Assembly (NCBI RefSeq): GCF_035084215.1
Contig: NC_090369.1
Coordinates: 1,674,001 to 1,738,000 of the forward strand
DNA: 64,000 nt
Direction of reading: 5' to 3'
Source: Heptranchias perlo
Taxonomy: Eukaryota
The stretch's first letter is position 1, and each line of letters starts with the position of its first letter. Under the pieces are notes generated by a model. It did not search any database, was not told the origin of the DNA, and saw only the letters and a list, made by a program, of their open reading frames with translations. A program made the position numbers and the translations under genes. Shown here piece after piece: positions 13,175 to 26,100 of the stretch.

Positions 13175-16100
13175 TCACCTATTGTATATTTTTGTAATCA
13201 TGTACAGAGTTATCACTATCCCAATAACTGCTGCAACAATTCCAACAGCACAGACAATGGTCCCAGAGTAGGGTATCAGAGGTGGCTGATCTGTTTAAAA
13301 ATCAGGAAAGCAAATTTATTCTTTGTTTCTGTAGCAGGTTTTCATTGATCATTACAATTAGAAAGATTTGCATCTGTACAGCACCGTAGAAAGGTCTGAA
13401 AGCGCTTCACATACAATGAATTACTTTGAAGCAGTGACTGTTGTTATGTCGGCAAACAGGGTAGCCATTTTGCACAGCAAACAGTAATGAGATGAGTGAC
13501 GAGTCAGTCTGTCTTTGGTGGTGGTGGTTGAGGGAAGAATGTTAGCCAGGATACCGGGAGAACTCTCTGCTCTGAGTTTTAGAATCTTCAACAGACAGGG
13601 CCTTGACTTAATGTCTCATCTAAAGGATGGCACCTCCAATGATGCAGCACTGCCTCAGTACTGCAGTGACGTGGGACTTGAACCAGAGGTGAGAGTGCTA
13701 CAAATGCACCAAACTGACACACTGATTCTGTAAGCTTTGACAATATTTTTATGATTAATAGATGAAAACCCAGATGGATTGTGCAGTTTTAGTGTGCTAC
13801 CCTCACTGGGTGAAGTGCGGTGGGATACATGGCTGCAGCAGTTCACCCTGATTAAACAGGCCTAAATCATACCAGGAGCTGTATAATGTGTGCCGTGCTT
13901 GACCCGGAAGTACTTGCTCCAAATCTAAACACCGAACGTAATGTAGAATTAATTTTATCATCTCCTGTTGATGGTTTTGATTTTCTTTTTATTTTACCAA
14001 CTTGAATATACTTGTTTTTTTAAACTCCCTTTCTCCCCACCCCCCTCCCCCGGCCTCCTCTCCCCTCCGAAGGTGCTGGCTCTTGTCACAGGGGTCCCCG
14101 GGAGTGTGTCAGTATTTACAGGGGGTCCCCAGGAGTGCGTCAAGATTTACAGGGGTCTCTGGGAGTGTGTAAGTATTTACAACGGTCCCCAAGAGAAAAG
14201 TTTGAAAAGCTCTGGTGTAGAAAGCTGCTCCTGTGTATTTTTCTTGTTACCCTTTAAATGTAGTTAACAGTCACTTAATGCATAACATACCCAACAAAAC
14301 AGTTAGTGGTTGATCGAGACTGATATGAGCTGCTTGGCAGCTGTAGGTGTCTCCATCTTGTGGCTCAATCCTGATGTACTTTAAGATGTTAAATGTCCAG
14401 TCTGCCTCAACCACTAGTTGCGATGATTGAACCGGCCCCGTGAATCGCCTCCCATTGATCAGGAAGTTGATATCAATTTCGAAAGGGTAGAACTTTTCTG
14501 CGTAACAGTACAGGGTGTTCGGGTGATGTGGTGTATAGTTTTCCTCAGTGTAGATGTGAATGGATGGCTTTTCTGTAACAGAAATAACACAGGTAATTGT
14601 AACAACAACTTGTACTTTTATAGTGTTTTCACACAACAAAGCATTCCCTAGTTTTGCAGGGGTCTGGGGGACCTGGGCAGGAAGTGGGAGAGGAATTAGG
14701 GGAACTGACCAGAATTGCAGTTAAAGAGGTACATTTATGAAGCCTTTTGAAATTGGGGAGAGAAGTAGCAAAGTGACAGGTTTAAGAAGAGAATCTCATG
14801 GTACAGAGGTGTGGTGGATGAAGGCTCTGCCACTGATGCAGGAGCAGAGGTTTTGTACCACATTGATAAGTCCAACATTGCAACAACTTCGCCCACTCTG
14901 ACCTCTATTGGCTTCCCCTCCCCTAGTATAAGACTGTTAGTATATCATTAGCAGAGCTCCTGTGCCATTGCTGATGGTGAGTCAGAGGACGTGCTCAACT
15001 CCAATGTGTAAAATGTGATGGCTACGATTGCGACAAGAAGTTAATATATTATAAATGTGCGTCTGTATATATTCGATCTCCCATGGGGAGTGAAGACCAA
15101 GTGTAGTCTTCGGGTGAAGTGGGGTTAGCGGGTGGGGGATAATTGGACCAGGGTGCACAGACATAAGATTTTTTAATAAGATATCGGTATATATATTTAT
15201 TCAGTAGCCTTTTTAAAGTTATACATTGTTATTTTTATATAATACTTTGATTTTATATAATTCTTTATAGTTAAATACTAAAACTGACGTCAATTTTGGG
15301 AATTGGAGAAGCAGAGTTGGTTGGTGCCGAGGAATCTCTGCAGTCCAGGTTGAAGAGCTGGGAGATGCCAAACTGAGCCACTACAGCACCACCATTGGCA
15401 GTATGATGTAATTACAGTGTGACATGTTTACATAAGCAGTACCCATTATAAATGTGGACACAGGAATTAATATTGAAAAGTTGACTCAAAGTCTGACATA
15501 AACCTGACAATGAGAAGTAAGGTTTGTAGACTGGAAGCGTGCACAGATTTAAGGTTATTAGCATATCATGGATATATTCATCCCATATTCCCAGGATTCA
15601 AGAGGGTGGGCACAAGGCTCTGTTCGACTGTCCTGATTTTCCTCCCATCTGCTGGAAAATGCTGTTACATACTGTAGATTTGTTAAATTTCAAAATATAC
15701 TTTATTTCATAAAATTTAAGGATACACAGTTCCATGTAAATTCACAATTACAATTCAAACAATACAATACAGATCGTACACACTCCGATCCCATCATTAC
15801 AATTCAAAACACAGTACATATCTTCTAATATATACTGTACAATACAAAGTGGAATAACCTCACACAGTGGCTTTCCCCATATAGCCTTTGCGTAGGCCAC
15901 ACCTCGCTTCAGTGAGTCCCGCAGCACGTACTCCTGGAACTTGGAGTGTGCCAGTCTACAACCTCTGCTCATCACCTCCCCACCGAACATGGCTCAGCTT
16001 GGGATCCAAACAGGATAAGACTTGAACCCAGGTTTTTAAAATTATAAATGAACGACTTACTTTTGAGGACACTTGTACCGTTTGTCAGCTTTGTAATTTC

Positions 16101-18364
16101 TTTGGTGATGCCTTGCTGCCATGCCAGGATCCCACTTGCCCTCTCTTTAAAATGAATCACTTCTTCCTGACCCAGTTCTGCTATTCCGTCTGTCACATTT
16201 CCATTTATAACAAACGTGTGCATCTTGTAATCGTAGAATAGAAAGGGTGAAGTATTTACATCGAAGATGTGTCCGTTTGTTTCTGAATCCGAAGTGTAAC
16301 TGTAGTACAGCCTTTCAGAGATAGATTTAAATTCTAGGGAGGGAAAACAGCAGACAAATCACAAAGAAATTAAACATTTGCATTGATATTGCACCTTATC
16401 ATGTCTCTCCAAAACATCGCTAAGGGCTTCACATACAAATAATTGCTGCAAAGTGCAGTCCCTGTTATGTAAATTAACAAGGCAGCCATTTTGTATACTG
16501 CAATGAGCTGAACAAGCCGTTAATCTGTTTTTTGGTGGTGTTGCTTGAGGGAAGAATTTTGACCAAGACACAAGGAGAACTTCCTGCTCTTCTAATAGTG
16601 CCATGGTATCTTTAACATCCACCTGAACAGGTAGATGAGGCCTGGGTTTAACATCTCATCTGGCAGGTCTGACGGTGCAGCAACCCTTCAGTACTGGAGT
16701 GTCAGTTTAGATTGGGGACTCCAGTTAGGGATTGGGGCTCAGCCCAAAAACCTCTGACTCAGAGGTGAGAGTAATACCAAGTGAGCCAAGCTGAAAACAT
16801 AGCATCATGGAATCATACAACTCAGAAGGAGGCCAGGTAGCCCATTGTGACTGTGTGAGCTCTGAAAGCTATCCAATTAGTCCCAATCCCCTGCTCTTTC
16901 CCCATACCCATAGACCTGCAAATTTTTCCTTTTCAAGTACATATCCAAATCCCTTTTGAAAGTTACTACTGAATCTGCTTCTACCGTTCTTTCAGGCAGT
17001 GCATTCCAGATCAGAACAATTCTCTGCGGGGAAAAAAAAATTCTCCTCATCTTCCCCCTGGTTCTTTTGCCAATTATCTTAAATCTGTGTGCTCCAGTTA
17101 CCGACCCTCCTGCCAGTGGAAACAGTTTCTCCTTATTTACACTATCAAAACCCCTCAGAATTTTGAACGTCTCTATTAAATCTCCTCTTAACCTTCTCTG
17201 CTCTGAGGAGAACAACTCCAGCTTCTCCAGTCTCTCCACGTAAACTGGAGTCCCTCATACCTGATATCATTCTAGTAAATCTCCTCAGCACCCTCTCCAA
17301 GACCTAGACATCCTTCCTAAAGTGTGGTGCCCAGAATTGGACACAAACTAAAGCTGAGACATAACCAGTGTTTTATAAACATTTCCACACTGAAGGGTCA
17401 GAAGTAACATCATGACTGATAACCCTATATAGAAGGAGTTTTGAGGAACAGTATATCATGTACATAAAACCAGTTTAGAATATTATGGAGTAAATGTTAC
17501 AATTTAGTAATCCTAGCCCAAAGCTTTGTGCGAGGGGAATGATTATCGAGGATTTGTGTGTGGAGGTCAGTGCCTCCACTCATGACAGGCAAAATTCCCT
17601 GTCCATCAATTTTAATCTTGTAAGATACACCGTGGAAAATCATGTGGATCAGAAATCACGTGCACTGAACTCTGCGCTCAAATTCCCAATGTGTGCCCCT
17701 GTCACATGAAGCTCTGCACCGGAGGCACTCAATTGTACAATTTATCCTCTATAGGTATGAGGCATCACTGAGAGACTGAAACATTCAATGTCTAATGTCA
17801 GATCAACGTACTGCAAGTCTGATCATCAATAAAGAACAATTGAACAAAATTAGAAGGTTAGATCAAATTTTCTAAAGAACCATGACGATATTTTCTGCTG
17901 TTAGTTTTAATAAATTCAGAAACGTTAACTCTTAAGCTCGCAATCATAAGGCGATAGCCCTTGGATGCTGAATTCTACTGCTCTTCCTTAGTGATATATT
18001 AAACAGATAAGGTTATAAAGCTAGATTTTTCATTTCCATTTATTTCAACCCACCCACTGCCTTTCAAAGTTAAAATAAATTAGAGAATCTCTGAGCGGAG
18101 ACTTTCATCCCATCGGTCAGGGCTGGATTGAAACCCAGGTCCCTGAGGTGAAAGCAAACAGCACTGCCTCAACTTTGATTTTGTAAAATGATGCTCCCCA
18201 GAGATGGGACTAGAGCACTACAAGACCAATTCTGTGACACAAGCTCCCACGTAGAGTGGAGGTCACAAACCACCCCTATGTGTCCACACAATACACTCAC
18301 CAATCTCTGCTCTTGTTACTGTTGTAAGTGACAACATGATTATTAGGAACCCACAGAGTTCCAT
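13175..18364 (-). CDS. WA: MHC W-category alpha chain (WA-1): class II alpha-like chain with beta2-microglobulin-like alpha2 domain, about 244 aa
   Basis: Exons: leader 18364-18301 ([21 protein letters not shown]); alpha1 16333-16061 (91 codons, [13 protein letters not shown]...[10 protein letters not shown]); alpha2 C1-Ig 14572-14291 ([26 protein letters not shown]); TM 13290-13179 ([18 protein letters not shown]). The first three introns are phase-1 GT-AG. The frame ends at TGA 13177-13175 on read-through, or splices to a possible mini-exon at 12999-12978. Confidence 0.85.
13368..13725 (-). mobile_element. Deu-domain tRNA-SINE (AmnSINE/SacSINE1-like)
   Basis: Reverse complement of the element at 28820-29260. 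Confidence 0.7.
15690..15990 (-). mobile_element. L1/Tx1-like LINE 3' end
   Basis: [26 protein letters not shown]-terminus followed by a TG-rich UTR and AATAAA-like end. Confidence 0.55.
16375..16795 (-). mobile_element. Deu-domain tRNA-SINE
   Basis: tRNA-like head CAGCTTGGCTCAC and Deu core on the minus strand. Confidence 0.7.
16805..17380 (-). mobile_element. CR1 LINE 3' fragment
   Basis: ORF 16877..17239: [27 protein letters not shown]. Confidence 0.9.
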
Positions 18365-19913
18365 GTTGGTAAATGACTTCTTGTTTCTCCAGCAGCTCTT
18401 GGAGTACGTGAATAGAGTCCTTCTGTTCACAAGTATAACTCAGCACATTGGCCGACGCAGTTTCAAACCATCTACTTTCTGTTCCAGTGATGTAAATCAA
18501 TCTGACCATCCTAACACCTTATTGGATGTTCATTTCTCAATCCCTGTCATTTTGGCAGCACAAATTACAATCCTAATTCATCTGTCACTTGGCATCGGTT
18601 CAATGTGAGAAACCAGTCATTCAGGAAACAGTGAGTTTAAATACATTGGGGAGATTTTAACTGTCAGAAGAATGAAGTCCTGCTGATTTTAATCACTGAG
18701 CCTCATTAATATATCGCCAGCCAACTTCCAGCCCAGAAAGGGGGGGGATGTGGGTGGGAAGCCTGTGGAAATTCCATCCACCGGCACTTATGTAACTTTG
18801 GGGACCAGGAACCTGGGGCCAGTGGGTGTGGGTCTTGCAGTACGGAAGGTGAGTGGGGGGAGTCCGGAATAGGGGTGGCCAAAACTTTCCTTGAGGAGCA
18901 CAGAGAAGAACTCCAGCCATTTCTCGTGGCCTGTTAGAGTGAGATTGCCAATTTGTGGCGAATTTTGTGGGCAGTTTTGTGTTGTGGAATCAAACCCACT
19001 AGGGACTGGGTTGGGACTGCTGTAGTTGGCAGAAAGACAGACATGCAGAGAGGTACAAAAAAACCTTCATTTCCACGGTCTCGGCAGGATTTGAATCCAG
19101 TTTTCAGAGAGGCTGTAACATCATTCTGATGAAATAACACAAAAGTTCCCTATCTTTCCAAACACTTTATTTTAAACCTTTTTTTTGGTGAGCTGGGTGT
19201 CTGAGAAATCTATCCCCATGTTGAAGAACCTCCAAATGGAGCTACTGAGAAATCTAGATCTCCACTTTCTGTGGCTGAGACAGAGTGCATACTCGCTGTA
19301 GGGATACACCCCACTTGCCCAAGTTTGGAGAGTTCAACCAGCCAAAACTGCTTCTCCCCACAGAGCACTGCTGATCTTCCCTTCCATGTCTAGGGAGGAA
19401 CACCCCACCAGTTGGGGGCATCTACCTGCAGGTTCGCCTAGAGCCCATTGGGAAGAATCCCAGCAGCCAGTGATAGGTCTACCCCTCCAGTCCTCATTAA
19501 TGAGCCTGACTGGTGGGTCAGTCAACAACAGTGTCCTGGAATAGTTAAGGACCTGCCTGGCTCAGATATCTGATTAATCAATCTCCCACAGAAGGTTGAC
19601 TCCAATGTTCCATTACCAGGCATGATATCTCGGAGCCAACTTGATCCCAAAGAGACTCCACTAATGGCTCCCACACCAAGAAGACAGTTACATAATGGCC
19701 ATCGGGCAACTGACAAGTGTGAATTTAAGCCCTCACTAGGCAGACAGTGGTACCAGGAGCTCCTCAGCAGTGGGCTGTTGAACAGAACTCATCATAAAAT
19801 GTAACCCAGGATAGACGCACACCACACCTCAGCAAAGGGTGTCCCACCAGTCACTTTTTATGATGACACTATCCCTTTAATAGAAACTATCCCTTTAATG
19901 TGAAAAGCACAAG

Positions 19914-19977
19914 GAAAAGGAAACAACTTAATTGTCTGTCAAAGTGCAGTTACCAGAATAACCACAGATGTAATTGG
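19914..19977 (+). promoter_or_regulatory. Candidate ISRE, RFX X-box and ATTGG module upstream of WB-1
   Basis: GAAAAGGAAAC (19914-19924), GTTACCAGAATAAC (19949-19962) and ATTGG (19973-19977), 175-240 bp upstream of ATG 20151; the X-Y spacing is not canonical. Confidence 0.3.
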
Positions 19978-20150
19978 AATCTCCAATCTTGTGGTTTTTT
20001 TATTCTCGAAGCTTTAGTGGGTGGAGTCAGGAGACTCAATGGAAGTGTTTGTATGTAAGGAATTTAAAGCAAGTCTTACCGGACTCATCACTTCAATTAT
20101 ACACACCTTTAATCCAGACTTGTTAGAAAATCCATCGCCTTCCTTTCAAG

Positions 20151-23100
20151 ATGCAAGTTTTCTACAGATGGACGTTTGTGGCTGTCGTTGCTGCAGTTGT
20201 TTGTGTTGTGGACGGTTGGAGCGGTAAGTGGGTTATTACCCTCACTCACTTTTAACATTCTACCTGACTGCTAAGTGGAAGACAGTGCATATCTGAATCT
20301 GTGTTTTATACATGGATTGCTCACTGAAAAACTCCCAGTGCTAGCTGCAAGGAATACTTAGGTATACAAAGAATCAGGGGTGAGAGGATTTAGTTATGAG
20401 GAAGGTGAGAGAAACTGGGGTTCTTTTCATTGGAATAAAGATGGTCTACAGGTTGTTCAAAGTTTATGGGGGTTTTGATGAAGTACATCAGTTTAAACTA
20501 TTTCCACTGGTCAGTGATGCAGTACATGGAGGGTTGTTAGGACATAGAATGCCCTACCAGAAACAGTGGTGGAATCAGAATAGCATTTAAAAGGGAAGTG
20601 AGTAACTATATGAAGGAGGAAAATCAAAAGTGTATGGGGAAAGAACAGGGGAATGGGACAAAGGGAAGACTTCTTTCAGAGAGCGGGGACAGGGCTGAAT
20701 GGCCTCCTTCTGTGCTGTAAAATTCTATAATTCTGTGATTCTACAACTGTTGGAAATCTGAACTAAAAACTGGAAATACGTGACAGGTGTGTCAGCATTT
20801 GAGAGAGAAAGACAGATCAGTGTTTTAAGTGGAAAGCCTTCTTCAGAACATCAAGAGGAGAGGAGAATAGGTAGAAGTTACGAGTACAGATATACTACTA
20901 AGAGGCAGCTAATGGGTTTAATACCCTGCAGGCAGATTCGTTCCAGTAGCGGACGAATGCTGCAGACTCTACTTTGTAATGTCCTTGTTCGTCAGCTGAA
21001 ATTTTCCCAATCTTTTATTGAGAAGACCTCTTCCTTCAGGCCCCATTGTCTTCACCTTCCATCCAACCAGCCTCTACCAGATCAGCTTGGATCGCTGCCG
21101 CACATGCCCAATGGGATGAATGGTCTCCTTCTGCACTGTAATTTCTATAATCCACCTGTTGATCCCTACTTTAAGGAACACGAACTTCCTCCCCCTCCCT
21201 TTGCTGAAAAACGAGCAGTGCTATTATTATCTCTCTGACCGTCAATCCTTTCTAAAAGTGCCAAGTGACTCCCGAATCAACTCCCTTCTCTGGGGTCTGT
21301 TCCACATCCACTATCCTGAGGGGTTGCTCTATATTCTGTAGGTAGAACTGAAATTCCAACCACAGTTTTCTGCTTCCTTACTAGCCTGGAGCTGATGACC
21401 CACCTCCGACAAGCTAAAGGGTAATGCTTATTGAGCAAAACACCTATAAACCATGCCCAAACATCACAAAAAAACAGTCTTCAAATGTTGTCAGCTTGGC
21501 TCAGTTGGTTTCATCCTCCCTTGACTCAGAAGGTCATGGGTTCAAGCCCCCCTCAAGAGAAAGGCACATAATCCAGGCTGACACTCTAGTGCAGTACTGA
21601 GAGAGTGCAGCACTGCCAGAGGTGCCATCCTTCTGATGAGACGTTAACCTGAAGCCCTGTCTGCCTGTTCAGGTGGATGTTAAAGATCACACGGTATTAT
21701 AGGAAGAGGAGCAGGGAATTCTCCTGGCCAACATTCCCTCTTCAACCAACACGCTAAACAGATAAACCGGTTATTCATCTCATTGCTGTTTGTGAAACTC
21801 ACTGTCATATCTGCCTATACAACAGCAGTCCGAGTATTTCATTGTATTTTAAATGTTCTGAGGCGTTTGCGAGATGTGCTGGAGCTTTCTCTAAAGTAAT
21901 TGATTTAAACGTCATCTAATGTGGGTGGCCAACTGGCCTCTACTGAGCCCCATGCTGATCTTCTGTGGCTGAAGTGTAGCCCTTTGTTGAGAGCCCAACT
22001 TCTAAATCCTGATTATATGAGATGAAGAATAACACAAAGGACCTGGTCAGCTGCAATGAATCTGGCAGCCTTCACCCAAACAAATTTTGAATTAATTGTA
22101 ATGTAATCTCATTAATTTTGGTCCAAGTGCACCACCATATCCATTGGGGACCTTTTGCATGTCCTCAGTTCTGAAACAACTGGTCTGGAGCCTGACAAAG
22201 AACCAAAGTGCAGCAACACCAGTGCTACTGTAAGCTTGGGTTTATGAGGCAAAGAACCACTGCTGGTAACTGTATCAGGGAAGGAAATAGGCAAGGAGAG
22301 CAGTAAGGAGAAAGAAAGGGAATAAGAGACGAGGAGAGGAGAAATCGGGAGACAGAGAGATAAAGAGGAAAAAAAGAGAGAATGAGAGCAGATGAATTTT
22401 GCAAGTACCACAATGACTGGCTCAGTAAGACCTCAGGATGTGCCTAACATCAATTAGCCTCTAACTGACCCTAGGATGTGCCTAACAGCAGTTACATTTT
22501 GTGGCCTTAAAGGGACAGGAGAACTTGAACATAATGCCACCTTGGCAGCAGAATACTACCCTGTGCATTACATGGTATAACATTCCTGTTGTATCATCAG
22601 ACTTGCCATAGGCATTGCCACAGGAGATCCATACCATCAATAAACAAAATGCTCAGGTCAGATCCTGACACAAGGTCTGGATAGCAGAATGAGCTGACTG
22701 TCCTTTTATATCTCCTCCATTCTTATGTTCTGTTGTGTTTTTCTTTCAGATATGCACCTGTTTCACGTGCAGTGCGAATGCATCTATCATGACCTTGAAC
22801 TGGCTGATATGTCTCTGCGATATGCTTACGATGGTAGTACTATTATGTACTACGATATGAGTATTAAAAGATATGTTGCAGCTCAGTCTGTTGCACAAGC
22901 TGAAGTGGACAGGCGGAACTCAGAACCAGATTACGTTGTGTCTGTTCCTCGCCGAATTGAGAGTGTCTGCGATGAAATTAAACAAACAGCTATATCGAGC
23001 AACACCACCCTGGAAAAAATGGGTAAGATACTTTATAAAAACAGCAACTTACATAATGTAACAAAATGTCCCAAGGCACTTCACACAGTGGGGGCAGGGG

Positions 23101-26100
23101 GCGGAATTAGACACCGCACAGGGAGTGGGAAGGAGATATGGGCTGAAGAAGCAGGTTTTAGGGAGAGTTATATCAAGGCAGGGGGTTTGGCAAGAAAATC
23201 CCAGAAAGCAAGTTTGTGATGGTGGAGGGGAGGACACACAGCAGTCCAGGCTCAGAGGAGTCAGCTGGGCCGTGGCGTTGCAGGAGCTTGGTGAGGTAGG
23301 GTAGAGTGTCGAGTGTGGCCTTGGAAAGATTTACATGGGTTATGGGTTCAAAGTTTGATAGTAATAAATTGCTCAATTGCAGCCAACAGACAGAGGAGAC
23401 GTTCATCCCCTCAATCTGGAGCTGGATTCAAACCCAGGGTGGAAGGATGGTGATTGAACGACTGCACCATCAGTTCACACCAAGTCAGGCTCTGAGCTTT
23501 TCAACAGTGCAAACTATAACCCTCAGTCCATTCTTCTCTGTTTTTACAGCTCCTACATTTACTAGAGCCTTTGTTCAGAAGAAAGCAGGTCAGAATTATT
23601 TGGTGTGTTTGGTGAAGAACTTCTTCCCCAGTGACATTAAATTGAGCTGGGTCAGAAACAGGGCCGTCACTGTCAACGGACCGGTGACAACTAGCATTGT
23701 ACCTCAAAGAGACAGGACGTTTCAAGTGAAAAGTATCCTCCTGTTGAATGAAGATGCTGATGGTTCATACTCCTGTCAAGTGGAACACGAGACCATCAAT
23801 GGGAAACTCATGGTACCTCTAGGTAAGGTTAGCTACTCAGGAAAGCTCAGACAGGTCAAAGCCATTCGACCCAACCAACCCATCCTGTTCTCATAAAGTT
23901 CAAACCTGCCTGCTCACCATATCCCTCACTCCCTCCTCTCTCCTGAAACACATCCAATCACCTTGTGACCCCACCCATTATGTCTGCTGTGATATTTGTC
24001 CCTGCTAACTTATTCCACAATTTGATTCCCCTTTGGGTGAAACCATTCCTCCTGACTTGCTATTTTTAGCTTGTGTTTAACTAAGGACCTTGTGCTTTTC
24101 TGTCCAATTAAACAAACTGTGAGGTCTGTATTAGTGGAAACTCAATATCCCCTATAGTGGAGGCGTCTCCCCAATCAGTAATGGAAACTGACAAAGAATC
24201 CATTTCCTTCACTGTCTCTCACACACTTCTACCGTATCCTCCAACTCACTGTCAGCAATGCCATGGGCCATTTACTGGTGAGTAATGTTCAGGTAGCTTT
24301 TATATTTACGTAACTGGATGTGGAGCATGTGGGGGGAATGTCTTGTTGTTAGATTAAAAACACAAAGTAAACTGGCCATCACAAGACTCCCAACTGTCCT
24401 TTCCACAGAATGGAACGGGAATACTGAAAATGAAGCTTTGATCATCATCGGAGCCGTGCTGGGGATACTGGGAATAAGCTCTGCTGTGGTGACTGGGATT
24501 CTGTACCACTGTGTCTTAAATCGTAAGCTATTACACCAATTACAAACTATTGTTAATGTTCCAGATTAAATTGGGAGCCCAAATATTTTGATCTACTTCC
24601 ATACATTTGGTGTGTTTAAAAATGTTTGTATGGGGGGTTTCAGTTTGTAAAGAGAACTATGAATATGATTGATTAAAGCAGGACAAGGAATGTGCTAACG
24701 GAAGAAAATGGTCAGAGTTGGACATGTAGAACCATAGAAAAGATACAGCACAGAAGGGGGCTATTCGACCCATCGTGTCCGCGCAGGCTTGAAGAACAAC
24801 CAGGTGCCCATTCTAATCCCACCTTCCAGCACCCGGTCCGTAGCCCTGCAGCTAACAGCACTTTAGGTGCAGGTCCAGGTACTTTTTAAAAGAGTTGAGG
24901 GTCCCTGCCTCTACCACCAATTCGGGCAGCGAATTCCGTACACCCACCACCTTCTGAATAAAAAGGTTTTTCCTCATGTCCCCTCTAATCCTTCCGCCAA
25001 TCAGCTTAAATCTATGTCCTCTAGTTCTTGAACTCTCCACTAGGGGAAACAGGTACTTCCCGTCTATCTAGGCCCCTCATAATTTTGTACACCTCAATCA
25101 AGTCTTCCCTCAGCCTCCTCTGCTCCAAGGAAAACAACCCCAGCCTATCCAATCTCCTTGCAGCTGCAATTTTCAAGCCCTGGCAACATTCTTGAAAATC
25201 TTCTCTGCACTCTCTCCAGAGCAATTACATCCTTCCTGTAATGTGGTGATCAGAACTGCACACAATACTCCAGCGTTTTATACAGTTCCATCATTGCATC
25301 CCTGCTTTTGTATTCTATACCTCGGCTAATAACGGAGAGCATTCCGTATGCCTTCTTCACAACCTTATCTACCTGTACTGCCACCTTCAGGGACCTGTGC
25401 ACATGCACTCCAAGGTGTCTCACTTCCTCTACCCCTCTCAATATATTCCCATTTACTGCGTATTCCCTTTTACTGTTTGCCCTCCCTAAGTGCATTACCT
25501 CACACTTCACCGGGTTGAACTCTATTTGCCACTTTTCCGCCCACTCCACCAACCCATTGATATCTTCTTGGAGTCTACAGCTATCCTCTTCACTATCAAC
25601 TACAAATTTGCAAATTTGCCAATCATGCCCCTACATTCAAGTCCAAATCATTAATATATACCACAATGTCCGTGTATATATCAGAGCACCTCATGTTAAT
25701 GGGACCATTGGAGAAAAGAGAAAATAAAAGGAGTCTTTAAAGTGATAAACTTTGAAATTACAGTTTGAGATATTTTATGGTGCAAAAGCTTAACCAGTTT
25801 GTACAATAATCCTTGTCCACTGTTTTAATGAAGGTGTTTTAAAATGAACCAGTCAACAGCACTGTTAAATAACAGGCAGAGGAATATCATATAAATATTG
25901 TAAATGGTCATCTAGGCCATTGAGTGGATAGAGAGGACAGAGAGGCAGTGAGAGAAAGAGCAAGTGGGTAGACATGTACACAGAGAAAGAGAGAGCATGT
26001 GTGTGTGAGAGAAAGGGGAGCAGAGGAAGAGACAGAAAACCCAGGTGAAATAAAATAGAAAGTGGGAGGGTGCATTTAGATATATATCACTTACAGGGGT

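Noticed and set aside
15300-15550. Block shared between WA-1 intron 2 and WA-2 intron 1 (43690-43830) as a paralogous enhancer
   Set aside because: Also present outside the genes at ~2220-2370 (inverted) and ~2745-2820, and in non-equivalent introns, so it is more likely an old dispersed, partly palindromic repeat.
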